Assembly: GCA_003235475.1 (NCBI GenBank)
Contig: QJWC01000031.1
Coordinates: forward strand, 1,042 to 65,041
Source: Acidimicrobiia bacterium
Lineage (GTDB): Bacteria; Actinomycetota; Acidimicrobiia; Spongiisociales; UBA5794
Direction: 5' to 3'
DNA length: 64,000 nucleotides
The notes under the pieces were generated by a model, which was not told where the DNA came from, ran no database searches, and saw nothing but the letters and a program-made list of their open reading frames with translations. This document shows, piece after piece, positions 37,117 through 45,730 of this stretch (position 1 is the stretch's first letter; each line of letters starts with the position of its first letter). The position numbers and the translations under genes are program-made.

Positions 37117-39566
37117 CGGCCCGGACCGATGCCGCTCGCATCCTGGCGCGCAAGATCATGCGCAATGCGCGTGACAAGAACAAATGGCGCAAGGTCGTCA
37201 AGTTCAGGCTGTGGATGCCCATTGTCCTCCAGGTCCTTCTGGTTGCGATCGTGCTCGCCTACACCGAGTACCGCTTCCCGGGTTTCATCAGCGCCAACAC
37301 CGAGCAGACGCTTCTGCTGGCACTCCCCCTGATCATCGTCACCGCAGCCCAGACGAACGCCATCCTCGTCGGGTACCTCGACCTGTCCGTTGGGGCCGTG
37401 GTCAGCCTGAGCGTTGTCACTGCGTCCTTCCTCATCGGATCGGACGCCTCAGGATTCGACATCGCGATCGGCATCGTGGCGATCATCGGCGCGGGGCTCG
37501 CGGTCGGTGCCGTGAATGCCGCGCTCATCCGCGGCGTGAAGATCCCCTCGATCGTCGCAACCCTCGCAACGCTCAGCATCGTGAGCGGGATTGCCGCAAC
37601 GATGCGACCCACCGCCCAGGGCGTCATCAACAAGGAGCTCGTGAGCTTCCTGCAGTCCAGCATCGGTCCGATCCCTGTCTTCTTCATCGTCGCACTGGTC
37701 GGGGCAGGCCTCGCGGACGCATGGCTGCACGGCACGGGGAGCGGACTCGAACTGCGTGCGACCGGTTTTGACGAACGGTCAGCGAAGCGGGGAGGCGTAC
37801 GGACGAATTGGGTCCGCGTGAGGGCGCTCCTGCTCTCGGCGGGCCTTGCCGCCGTTGGGGCCTTCTTCGTCATCGCGGCACAGTCATCTGTTGGAAACGC
37901 CCAGATCGGCTCCCCGTACGCGCTGCGGTCGATCACCGCTGCGGTCCTCGGTGGCGCGGCGATCGCGGGTGGACGGGCGACCTTCCTCGGTGGCTCTGTT
38001 GCCTCCGTCCTCCTCGCTCTGATTCTCACCGTCGTCCCCTACCTCGACTGGACCAAGGAAGACGGGGCGATGATCATCGGCATCCTCGTCATCCTTGGCA
38101 TCATCATCTTCCAGCTCGGCGACCTCAAAGAGCTGGCCAAGCGCAACTACAAGCGGGTTCGGCGCCTGATCGTTGGAAGTCGAGTAGAGAAAGCCGCTGA
38201 GATTCCGGACCTGTATGAGCCCGGCATCGACTTCAGCGTTGCGCCGTCCGGCCTGACCCTGATACGAGGCGGAACGGTGCTGAGCGTGGATCCGGCCGTC
38301 GGTGACCACGCCGTCGCCGATGTCCTCATCGACGGGGACACGATCCGCGAGGTGCGCCCGAACATCGAGGCAAACGGCGCACGGGTGATCGACGCCCATG
38401 GCATGATCGTCATGCCCGGGTTCGTCGACACCCACCGGCACATCTGGGAAGGCCTGCTCCGCAACATCGGGACCGATGTCCCTCTCGAAGGGCGCACGAG
38501 CTACATCTCGCACGTGTTGCACAAGCTCGCGCCGGCCTACAGCCCGGAGGATGCGTACGTCGGAAACCTCCTGTCGTGCGTGGGGGCCCTCGACGCGGGT
38601 GTCACGACATTGCTCGACTGGTCCCACATCCAGGGAAGCCCGGCGCACACCGATGCGGTCATCCACGCACTCCAGGATTCCGGCATGAGGGCCGTGTTCG
38701 CCTACGGATTCCCCTGGTGGGGCAAGTGGGAGGAGCGCCAACCGAGTTGGTTCGTCCGCGCCGCGACCGAGTACTTCTCGACCAAGGACCAGATGCTCAC
38801 TCTCGCCCTTGCTGCACCCGGCCCCGAGTTCACTGACTTCGAGGTGACGAGGGACCATTGGAAGCTGGCACGCGAGGCCGATGCACGGATCTCGACGCAT
38901 GTCGGCGTCGGCTCGTACGGACTCGACGCGAAGGTCCAGGAGTTCGGTGAGGCGGGCCTGCTCGGTGACGACACGACCTACATCCACTGCACGACGCTCA
39001 ACGACACGGAGATCCAGATGATCGTCGACTCCGGCGGAACCGTGTCCTTGGCCTCGCCGGTCGAGATGATGATGGGTCACGGCATGCCACCCATCCAGAA
39101 GTTCCTCGATCGGGGGCTGAGCCCCAGTTTGTCCGTCGACGTCGAGACGAACGTTCCGAACGACATGTTCAACCAGATGCGGTCTGCCATGGCGCTGCAG
39201 CACACGCTGGCGGAGCAGGGCGGAAGGGACAAGGTCAGCGCCTCGGATGTGATCGCATGGGCGACGATCGTCGGGGCGAAGGCGAACGGCCTCGACCACA
39301 AGACGGGATCGCTGACGCCCGGAAAGCAGGCGGACCTCGTCATGCTGCGGACCGACCGGATGAACGTGACCCCGCTCAACGATCCTGCGACCGCCGTCGT
39401 CCTCGGAATGGACACGGGGAACGTCGACACCGTGATGGTGGCAGGGCGCATCATGAAGAGCGGCGGCAGAATCACCGGCCTGCGGTGGTCCGCCCTGATG
39501 GAAGCCGCAGCCAATGCTCGCGATCGGGTCCTTGCGAGGTCCGGCTTCAAGCCCCCCAGGATCTAG
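37113..39566 (+). CDS. CUT2-type ABC permease fused in frame to a C-terminal amidohydrolase (cytosine-deaminase/TRZ-ATZ-like) domain
   Basis: GTG at 37113 in a GTGA overlap with the ATPase stop (alternative ATG at 37158). The permease part runs to about 38121 (AQTNAILVGYLDLSVGAV...GAMIIGILVILGIIIFQLG). A charged linker of about 44 aa follows (DLKELAKRNYKRVRRLIVGSRVEKAAEIPDLYEPG...). The amidohydrolase starts at about 38253 (LTLIRGGTVLSVDP...MPGFVDTHRHIW...ISTHVGVG...YIHCTTL...SLSVDVETN). There is no stop codon and no ATG/GTG with an RBS at the junction. Confidence 0.75.
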   Translation: MTARTDAARILARKIMRNARDKNKWRKVVKFRLWMPIVLQVLLVAIVLAYTEYRFPGFISANTEQTLLLALPLIIVTAAQTNAILVGYLDLSVGAVVSLSVVTASFLIGSDASGFDIAIGIVAIIGAGLAVGAVNAALIRGVKIPSIVATLATLSIVSGIAATMRPTAQGVINKELVSFLQSSIGPIPVFFIVALVGAGLADAWLHGTGSGLELRATGFDERSAKRGGVRTNWVRVRALLLSAGLAAVGAFFVIAAQSSVGNAQIGSPYALRSITAAVLGGAAIAGGRATFLGGSVASVLLALILTVVPYLDWTKEDGAMIIGILVILGIIIFQLGDLKELAKRNYKRVRRLIVGSRVEKAAEIPDLYEPGIDFSVAPSGLTLIRGGTVLSVDPAVGDHAVADVLIDGDTIREVRPNIEANGARVIDAHGMIVMPGFVDTHRHIWEGLLRNIGTDVPLEGRTSYISHVLHKLAPAYSPEDAYVGNLLSCVGALDAGVTTLLDWSHIQGSPAHTDAVIHALQDSGMRAVFAYGFPWWGKWEERQPSWFVRAATEYFSTKDQMLTLALAAPGPEFTDFEVTRDHWKLAREADARISTHVGVGSYGLDAKVQEFGEAGLLGDDTTYIHCTTLNDTEIQMIVDSGGTVSLASPVEMMMGHGMPPIQKFLDRGLSPSLSVDVETNVPNDMFNQMRSAMALQHTLAEQGGRDKVSASDVIAWATIVGAKANGLDHKTGSLTPGKQADLVMLRTDRMNVTPLNDPATAVVLGMDTGNVDTVMVAGRIMKSGGRITGLRWSALMEAAANARDRVLARSGFKPPRI

Positions 39567-39622
39567 GGCCACCAGCCGCTGAGTCGTTTGGTACCTTTGT
39601 TTCCAGGGAAGGGAGAGGAAGC

Positions 39623-41728
39623 ATGCTTCGCGCGTGTCCGTCGCAGCGCTGGCTCGGCTCGATCCTGCGGGTCGTGCTGGCAGCGGTCGTCGCGACGCTG
39701 GTCTTCCTCGTCGGCGCTTCACCCGCGGCTGCTGCCGGTCTCAAGTGGGAAGCGGAGATCGTCTTCACGCTCGACACGGACGCGGGCAGGGTGCGCCAGA
39801 CCACCACCTTCGACGTCACCAACACCACGCCCAACACCACCAAGGGCTACGTCACGACCCGGTACTACTACGACGGCGTGGTGCTCACGATTCCCAACGA
39901 GGCGGTCGGTATCACCGTCGAGGGCGACCGGGGCGGTGTCACGTTCGAGGTCGGGGCGCTCGGACCGCCGAGTGACCCCTTCAAGGAGGTGAGCGTCGAC
40001 TTCAACCGCAACCTCTTCTACCGGCAGACACAATCGATCGTGGTCGGTTTCGACCTGGTTGCAGACCTGCCGCGATCGGACTCCGCCGTCCGTGTGAACG
40101 ACGCGTACGCCTCCTTCGGCGTGTACGCCTTCGGTGACCCCGAGTCGACCGTCGTCAAGGTCATCGTGGAGGATCGGTTCGATGTGGAACTCGAGGGTGG
40201 AAACTTCACCTCGTCACGCGCCGACGGGTTGGTCACGTACACGGATGACTCGATCGAGGACCCGCCCAACTACTTCGTGTTCGTCACTGCGCGTGACGAT
40301 GACCGGCTCAAGGTCAACTCGATTGAGATCGAGGACGTGACCGTCACCATCAAGAGCTGGCCGAACGACCGGAGATGGGAGAGGAACGTCACCCGATCCG
40401 TGACCGATGGTTTCAGCGTCCTCCAGCAGCTGACGGGCCTCGACTGGGACCTCGAAGACGACCTCGAGATCATCGAGGCGTTCGAACCGAACCTCGCCGG
40501 GTATGGCGGCTGGTACATCATTGGATCGGACACGATCGAGATCGGCGAGTACGCCAGCTCCCACCTCGTCCTCCACGAGCTGTCGCACGCGTGGTTCACG
40601 TTCGACCTCTTCGGCGAGCGTTGGATCAATGAGGGCTTGGCGGAGGCGTACGCGGAGGAGGCCGTTGCACGGGCGGACCTCGAAGCGCTGTCCGACTACG
40701 AGCGTGCAGACGAGCCCTCGGGTTCCGCCTTGTTCTCGTTCCCCCTCACGGAGTGGGAGGACCTGCTCAAAGGGACCGAAGGCGACGTCCGAAGGGAGGA
40801 GTACGGATACAACACGTCGAGCTGGGTCATCACGACCATCACCGACGAAATCGGATTCGACCAGATGCGCGACGTGCTCGCCGCCGCCGACCAGAACCTC
40901 ACGGCGTATCGGGGTTCCGTCGAACCGGAGACAGTTCCGGCATACGACGGATGGGAGCGCCTCCTCGACCTGGTCGAGGAGCTCGGCGGGTCCGAGACCG
41001 CACGGGAGCTGTTCGAGAAGTACGTCATCACCGACGACGTCGACCTCGACGCGAGATACAACGCGCGAGACGGCTATCACGCACTCCAGGACGCCGCCGG
41101 GGATCACGCCCTCCCGATCTACATCCGGAAGCCGATGTCCGACTGGGAGTTCGACGTGGCCGAGGAGCGCATCGAGGAAGCACACGACGTGATCGATCAC
41201 GCGGCGAAGGTGTCTGAGCAGGCATCCTCGATGGACCTCGCGGCGCCCGACCTGCTCGGGGGCACCTTCAGCACGACCGACAGCGGATTCGATCCGATAC
41301 ACGCCTCCCTCGACACCGCTGACGAAGCTCTCAGGGCGATCGGAGCCGCCGAGGACGATGTCGCTGCAGACCATCCCTTCCTCACCGATATCGGCCTGTG
41401 GGGCGTCGACCTCGACATCACGGTCGATGCGATACGAACGGACTTCGAGGAGGGCGACTTCGACGCCGTGAAGGCCGGAAGGTCAACCCTCGCCGAGCAG
41501 CTCGATGATGCCGCCAACTCCGGGCGGAACCGTGCCTTCCTCGGTGGTGGCGGAATCGCAGCGCTGCTCCTCCTCATTGCGTTCCTGGCCTTCTTCCTGA
41601 ACAAGCGACGCCGCAGGAGGGTCGCGCTTGTGACCGAAGGAACGGCGTCCATCGAGGTGCATCGCGAAGGGGATGCTCCAGACCGTGACGAAGAAGGCGC
41701 GGCCGGCCCGAGCGACGAGTCCACGTAG
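39623..41728 (+). CDS. Exported, C-terminally membrane-anchored gluzincin (M1-like) metallopeptidase
   Basis: ATG at 39623 after GGGAGAGGAAG. Signal peptide LRVVLAAVVATLVFLVGASPAAAA. HELSHAWFTFDLFGERWINEGLAEAY gives HExxH-X18-E with the WxNEG motif. A C-terminal TM helix (IAALLLLIAFLAFFL) is followed by KRRRRR. Confidence 0.75.
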   Translation: MLRACPSQRWLGSILRVVLAAVVATLVFLVGASPAAAAGLKWEAEIVFTLDTDAGRVRQTTTFDVTNTTPNTTKGYVTTRYYYDGVVLTIPNEAVGITVEGDRGGVTFEVGALGPPSDPFKEVSVDFNRNLFYRQTQSIVVGFDLVADLPRSDSAVRVNDAYASFGVYAFGDPESTVVKVIVEDRFDVELEGGNFTSSRADGLVTYTDDSIEDPPNYFVFVTARDDDRLKVNSIEIEDVTVTIKSWPNDRRWERNVTRSVTDGFSVLQQLTGLDWDLEDDLEIIEAFEPNLAGYGGWYIIGSDTIEIGEYASSHLVLHELSHAWFTFDLFGERWINEGLAEAYAEEAVARADLEALSDYERADEPSGSALFSFPLTEWEDLLKGTEGDVRREEYGYNTSSWVITTITDEIGFDQMRDVLAAADQNLTAYRGSVEPETVPAYDGWERLLDLVEELGGSETARELFEKYVITDDVDLDARYNARDGYHALQDAAGDHALPIYIRKPMSDWEFDVAEERIEEAHDVIDHAAKVSEQASSMDLAAPDLLGGTFSTTDSGFDPIHASLDTADEALRAIGAAEDDVAADHPFLTDIGLWGVDLDITVDAIRTDFEEGDFDAVKAGRSTLAEQLDDAANSGRNRAFLGGGGIAALLLLIAFLAFFLNKRRRRRVALVTEGTASIEVHREGDAPDRDEEGAAGPSDEST

Positions 41729-41782
41729 CAGCCAGACATCTGTGGGGTCTGCCTCTGAACCCCTACAATCCCGCCTACGTCA

Positions 41783-41855
41783 GGGCCTGTAGCTCCAATG
41801 GCAGAGCAGCGGACTTTTAATCCGAAGTGTGTGGGTTCGAGTCCCACCGGGCCCA
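41783..41855 (+). tRNA. tRNA-Lys (anticodon UUU)
   Basis: GGGCCTG-TA-GCTC-CAATGGCA-GAGC-A-GCGGA-CTTTTAA-TCCGA-AGTGT-GTGGG-TTCGAGT-CCCAC-CGGGCCC-A. 73-nt cloverleaf folded by hand, with a GTTCGAGTC T-loop and no encoded CCA. TACAAT lies about 12 nt upstream. Confidence 0.9.
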
Positions 41856-41872
41856 CGCATCCAAGGTCGAGT

Positions 41873-43273
41873 TCAGACGAGTTCGAGAAGCGGCTCGTCC
41901 GCGAGGGATCGCAGTCGCTCGAGCCCTTCCTCGGCCACACCCGACAGCCGAGCGAGCGCCCTTCTGACTTCGGTCGAGTCTCGCTGCAACCGGTCGATGC
42001 GAGCGGGATTCAGAGCGCACTTGTTCGACCACTCTGCAATGTCGGGCTCGGCGCCGTAGCGCGCGGCGGCGACTGTTCCGCGGACCTGCATGCTTGCCCA
42101 GTTGCCCGGATTGTCGGGGAGGTTGTTCGGAGGGCACAACCGGTTGCGCTCGACGTCATCCTCTCGGGTCGCTTCCACGTAGCCGGCCAGCGCCGCGCAA
42201 AAGCATGGAAACCCTGCACGGATCGTCTGCACTCGGATCGTATCCGGGGACCAGATCGGCACCAGCGGTGGATATCGCAGTCCAGGGGCCGCACAATGCA
42301 CGATCAGGGAACCGGGCGCGAGCGGGACCGAGCCGTGTTCGAGTTGGATCTCGGTCTTCGTCACTCGGTTGATGTGACCCTTCCGAACCACGTTCTCCAC
42401 GGTTTGCAGGAGCCGAAGCTCCCACTCGCCGAGCGTCGGGGTCTTGGCCATGGTCGGAAGCACGCCGGAGTCGATTCGCAGCATCACCCCTGCGTCCTCC
42501 AGACGAAGGAAGAAGTCGTCCGGCGATCGAGCGGCTGCGGCGGCTGCCATCGTGTCAGCGGCAAGTCCGAGAGCCACCACCGGGTCCGGCTGAACGACAG
42601 CCCGGTTGAGCATCCACGGGTCGCGGGGGCGCACCCACGTGATCCGATCCACATCGACACCGTTGCCGACCAGCCACACGATTGCGTCCGTTGCCGTCTT
42701 TCCCGATCCGACGATCACGAACCGCTCGGGTGCGCCCGCCAGCCGCGCAAGTTCGTTCACGGCGACGACGGGCACCCCCTCGTCCACACCAAACGGCGGA
42801 GGTGTGGTCGCGGGGATGGCTGGCGAGAGGTAGGTGGCGTCGACGAGCCGTCGTCGCACATCGACGCGCACTGTCTCGCCGGACACGAGCGAAGTCACAA
42901 GGTTGGCCTGTCCGTCGCTGTGGTACTCGCTACCGCCGAGGAACGTCACACGGCCCGACGCGATGAACCGGCGGTGGAGGATGTCGTCGTAGTAGGCCTG
43001 GATCTCCGATCGACGCGCCCGCTCGTAGAGACCCGCCTCGGGGCCGTCCTTCTGGATCGATCCGTCACCCAGCACGGTGGACGCGACGCCGTAGAACAGC
43101 GAGGCCTGGTGGAGCTGCACGAACGGGTACGCATCCTCCCAGTGGCCGCCCGGCGCATGACGTCGGTCGACGAGTGTGACGTGCACGTCTGCGTGGTCGA
43201 TGAGCGAGTCGGTGAATGCCATACCCATGGCACCAGCACCCACAACGAGGTAGTCGGTGTCGATCGATCGCAT
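41873..43273 (-). CDS. FAD/NAD(P)-binding oxidoreductase (two-dinucleotide-binding-domain flavoprotein)
   Basis: Start at MRSIDTDYLVVGAGAMGMAF (ATG 43273). A second Rossmann motif, FVIVGSGKTATDA, is present. The specific subfamily is unclear to me. Confidence 0.7.
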   Translation of the reverse strand: MRSIDTDYLVVGAGAMGMAFTDSLIDHADVHVTLVDRRHAPGGHWEDAYPFVQLHQASLFYGVASTVLGDGSIQKDGPEAGLYERARRSEIQAYYDDILHRRFIASGRVTFLGGSEYHSDGQANLVTSLVSGETVRVDVRRRLVDATYLSPAIPATTPPPFGVDEGVPVVAVNELARLAGAPERFVIVGSGKTATDAIVWLVGNGVDVDRITWVRPRDPWMLNRAVVQPDPVVALGLAADTMAAAAAARSPDDFFLRLEDAGVMLRIDSGVLPTMAKTPTLGEWELRLLQTVENVVRKGHINRVTKTEIQLEHGSVPLAPGSLIVHCAAPGLRYPPLVPIWSPDTIRVQTIRAGFPCFCAALAGYVEATREDDVERNRLCPPNNLPDNPGNWASMQVRGTVAAARYGAEPDIAEWSNKCALNPARIDRLQRDSTEVRRALARLSGVAEEGLERLRSLADEPLLELV

Positions 43274-43415
43274 CACACGCACAATAGATGCCTTCCAAGT
43301 GGGTCCTCCTGGTGATCCCCAGTCCGGAGCCACGAGGTAGGGTGTGTCCACTCACTCGACGTGCGCCATGGGTATTGCGGCGCAGTCGGTGACCCGACGA
43401 TGCGAGGTCGCTCCG

Positions 43416-45707
43416 ATGAAAAGTTCCCGTCATTTGACCCTCACGAACTGGGGTGCGTACGAGGTCGAGAGCGACGGCACGGACATCACGGCCGTCCACC
43501 CGTTCGCGAAGGATCCCGATCCGTCCGCCATCGGCCAGTCGATGAAGGCGGTCCGCCGCAGCCGCGTCGACAAGCCATCGATTCGGGAGAGCTGGCTGAA
43601 GCAAGGCCCTGGAGCAAGGAGCGACCAGAGGGGATACGAGCGATTCGTCGAGGTCGAGTGGGACGTCGCCATCGAGCTCCTTGCCGCTGAGATCGATCGC
43701 GTCCGCACCGACTTCGGGAACGAAGCCATCTTCGGCGGGAGCTACGGATGGGCGAGCGCCGGACGCTTCCACCACGCCCTCTCACAGGTCCACCGGTTCC
43801 TGGCCTCGATCGGGGGCTACGTGAGCCAGGTGGACGACTACTCGATCGCCAGCGGCCATGTGATCACGCCGCACATCTTCGGGTTCTCCTTCGACGAGAT
43901 GATGGATGAAGCCCAACCGCATCTCGAGGAGATCGCCGAGAACACGGAGCTCGTCGTCTCGTTCGGTGGGATGCCCCTGAAGAACAGCCAGGTCATGTAC
44001 GGCGGCCAGGGGCAGCACTTGCTCGCGAGCAGGCTGGAAACCTGCCGGGACCGCGGCGTGAGATTCGTGAACTTCTCGCCGCTCGGTGAGGACTTCATCG
44101 ACGCCGTGGAAGCAGAGTGGATCCCCATGTTCCCGAGCACCGACACGGCCGTCATGCTCGGGCTTGCGCACTCGATCCTTGTGGCTGGTGACCACGACGA
44201 GGACTTCCTGACGACGTACTGCACGGGATGGGATCAACTTCGGGCATACCTCCTCGGCGAACCGGACGGTGTCCCAAAGACGGCCGAGTGGGCGGGTGCC
44301 ATCTCGTCTGTTGACCCTCAGCGCATACGATCCCTCGCTGCGGACATGGCCCACCATCGGACGCTTGTCACGGCGAGTTGGTCGATCCAGCGGACGGACC
44401 ACGGCGAACAGACCTATTGGATGGCGTCTGCGCTCGCAGCGATGCTCGGACAGGTGGGGCTCCCCGGAGGCGGTGTCGGCTTCGGGTACGGCGCGGTCGG
44501 CTACACGGGCAACGGCATCGGGTACCACGTCATCCCGCGCCTTGGGCAGGGAAGGAACAACGTCTCGACGTACATCCCGGTGGCACGGATCGCCGACATG
44601 CTCCTCCACGGCGGCAAGGAGTACGACTACAACGGGAAGCGGCTGACCTACCCGGACATCAAGATGGTGTACTGGGCCGGCGGGAATCCCTTCCATCACC
44701 ACCAGGACCTCAACCGCCTCGAGCAGGCGTGGCAGCGACCTGACACGATCGTCGTGCACGAGCCGTTCTGGAATTCACTGGCCCGCCACGCCGACATCGT
44801 CCTCCCCGCGACGACGCCCCTCGAACGGAATGACATCGGCGGAAGCAGCATGGACAACTTCATCTTCTGGATGCCGAAGGTGATCGATCCCGTCGGTGAC
44901 GCCAGGAACGACTACGACATCTTCTCCGATCTCGCTCGACTCCTCGGCGCAGGCGAACGGTTCACCGAGGGTCGCACGTCCGACGAATGGATCGAGCACC
45001 TCTACTCCGAGTTCCACACCCGCCACCCCGAGTACCCGAGCCTCGACGAACTCAGGGATGCTGGCTATTTCGAGATCCCCCGTGAGTGGATTCCGGCGCC
45101 CCCGTCGCGGCTGGCCGCGTACCGGGATGACCCGACCGGGGCAGCTCTCGACACGCCGTCAGGGAGGATCGAACTGTTCTCCGAGACCGTCGCATCGTTC
45201 GGGTACGACGATTGCCCCGGGCATCCGACGTGGATGGAACCGAGGGAGTGGCCCGGCGGTGCCAGCGCCTATTCGCTGTCGCTCGTCTCCAATCAGCCCA
45301 AGACGAGACTGCATTCGCAATGGGATCACGGCGAGACGAGCATCGGCGGCAAGAAGGACGGACGCGAGCGGCTTGGCATGACCCCGGTCGATGCCGCCGC
45401 ACGCGGCATCGACGACGGTGATCTCGTCCGTGTGTTCAACGATCGGGGAGCCTGCATGGCGTCCGTTTCGATCCGCGACGACATTGCCCACGGAGTCGTG
45501 CAGCTGCCGACCGGTGCGTGGTGGGATCCCATCGAGCCGGGCGGCATGTGTCGGAGCGGAAACCCCAACGTGCTCACGCACGACTTCGGGACGTCATCGA
45601 TGGCACAAGGCCCCTCCACCACCTGCCTCGTCGAGGTCGAGAAGTTCGTCGGCGAAGCTCCTGCAGTGAGGGCCCACGAGCTGCCCGAGCTCGTCCCGAA
45701 CACCTGA
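43416..45707 (+). CDS. Cytoplasmic molybdopterin S-/N-oxide reductase (DMSO reductase family, BisC/TorZ-like)
   Basis: ATG at 43416 after GAGG, with no Tat signal. HLTLTNWGAYEVE...IFGGSYGWASAGRFHHA...VMYGGQG...KMVYWAGGNPFHHHQD is the BisC-type pattern. Confidence 0.8.
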   Translation: MKSSRHLTLTNWGAYEVESDGTDITAVHPFAKDPDPSAIGQSMKAVRRSRVDKPSIRESWLKQGPGARSDQRGYERFVEVEWDVAIELLAAEIDRVRTDFGNEAIFGGSYGWASAGRFHHALSQVHRFLASIGGYVSQVDDYSIASGHVITPHIFGFSFDEMMDEAQPHLEEIAENTELVVSFGGMPLKNSQVMYGGQGQHLLASRLETCRDRGVRFVNFSPLGEDFIDAVEAEWIPMFPSTDTAVMLGLAHSILVAGDHDEDFLTTYCTGWDQLRAYLLGEPDGVPKTAEWAGAISSVDPQRIRSLAADMAHHRTLVTASWSIQRTDHGEQTYWMASALAAMLGQVGLPGGGVGFGYGAVGYTGNGIGYHVIPRLGQGRNNVSTYIPVARIADMLLHGGKEYDYNGKRLTYPDIKMVYWAGGNPFHHHQDLNRLEQAWQRPDTIVVHEPFWNSLARHADIVLPATTPLERNDIGGSSMDNFIFWMPKVIDPVGDARNDYDIFSDLARLLGAGERFTEGRTSDEWIEHLYSEFHTRHPEYPSLDELRDAGYFEIPREWIPAPPSRLAAYRDDPTGAALDTPSGRIELFSETVASFGYDDCPGHPTWMEPREWPGGASAYSLSLVSNQPKTRLHSQWDHGETSIGGKKDGRERLGMTPVDAAARGIDDGDLVRVFNDRGACMASVSIRDDIAHGVVQLPTGAWWDPIEPGGMCRSGNPNVLTHDFGTSSMAQGPSTTCLVEVEKFVGEAPAVRAHELPELVPNT

Positions 45708-45730
45708 GTCTCGCGAGCTACGTTCGCGGA

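Noticed and set aside
41729-43273. Possible integrated element at tRNA-Lys
   Set aside because: There is no integrase, no excisionase, no direct repeat of the tRNA 3' end that I can see, and no visible compositional break. The flanking genes are ordinary metabolic genes.
43274-43415. Moco riboswitch upstream of the BisC-like gene
   Set aside because: The leader is too short and shows none of the conserved Moco-motif helices by eye. A covariance-model scan would be needed to be certain.
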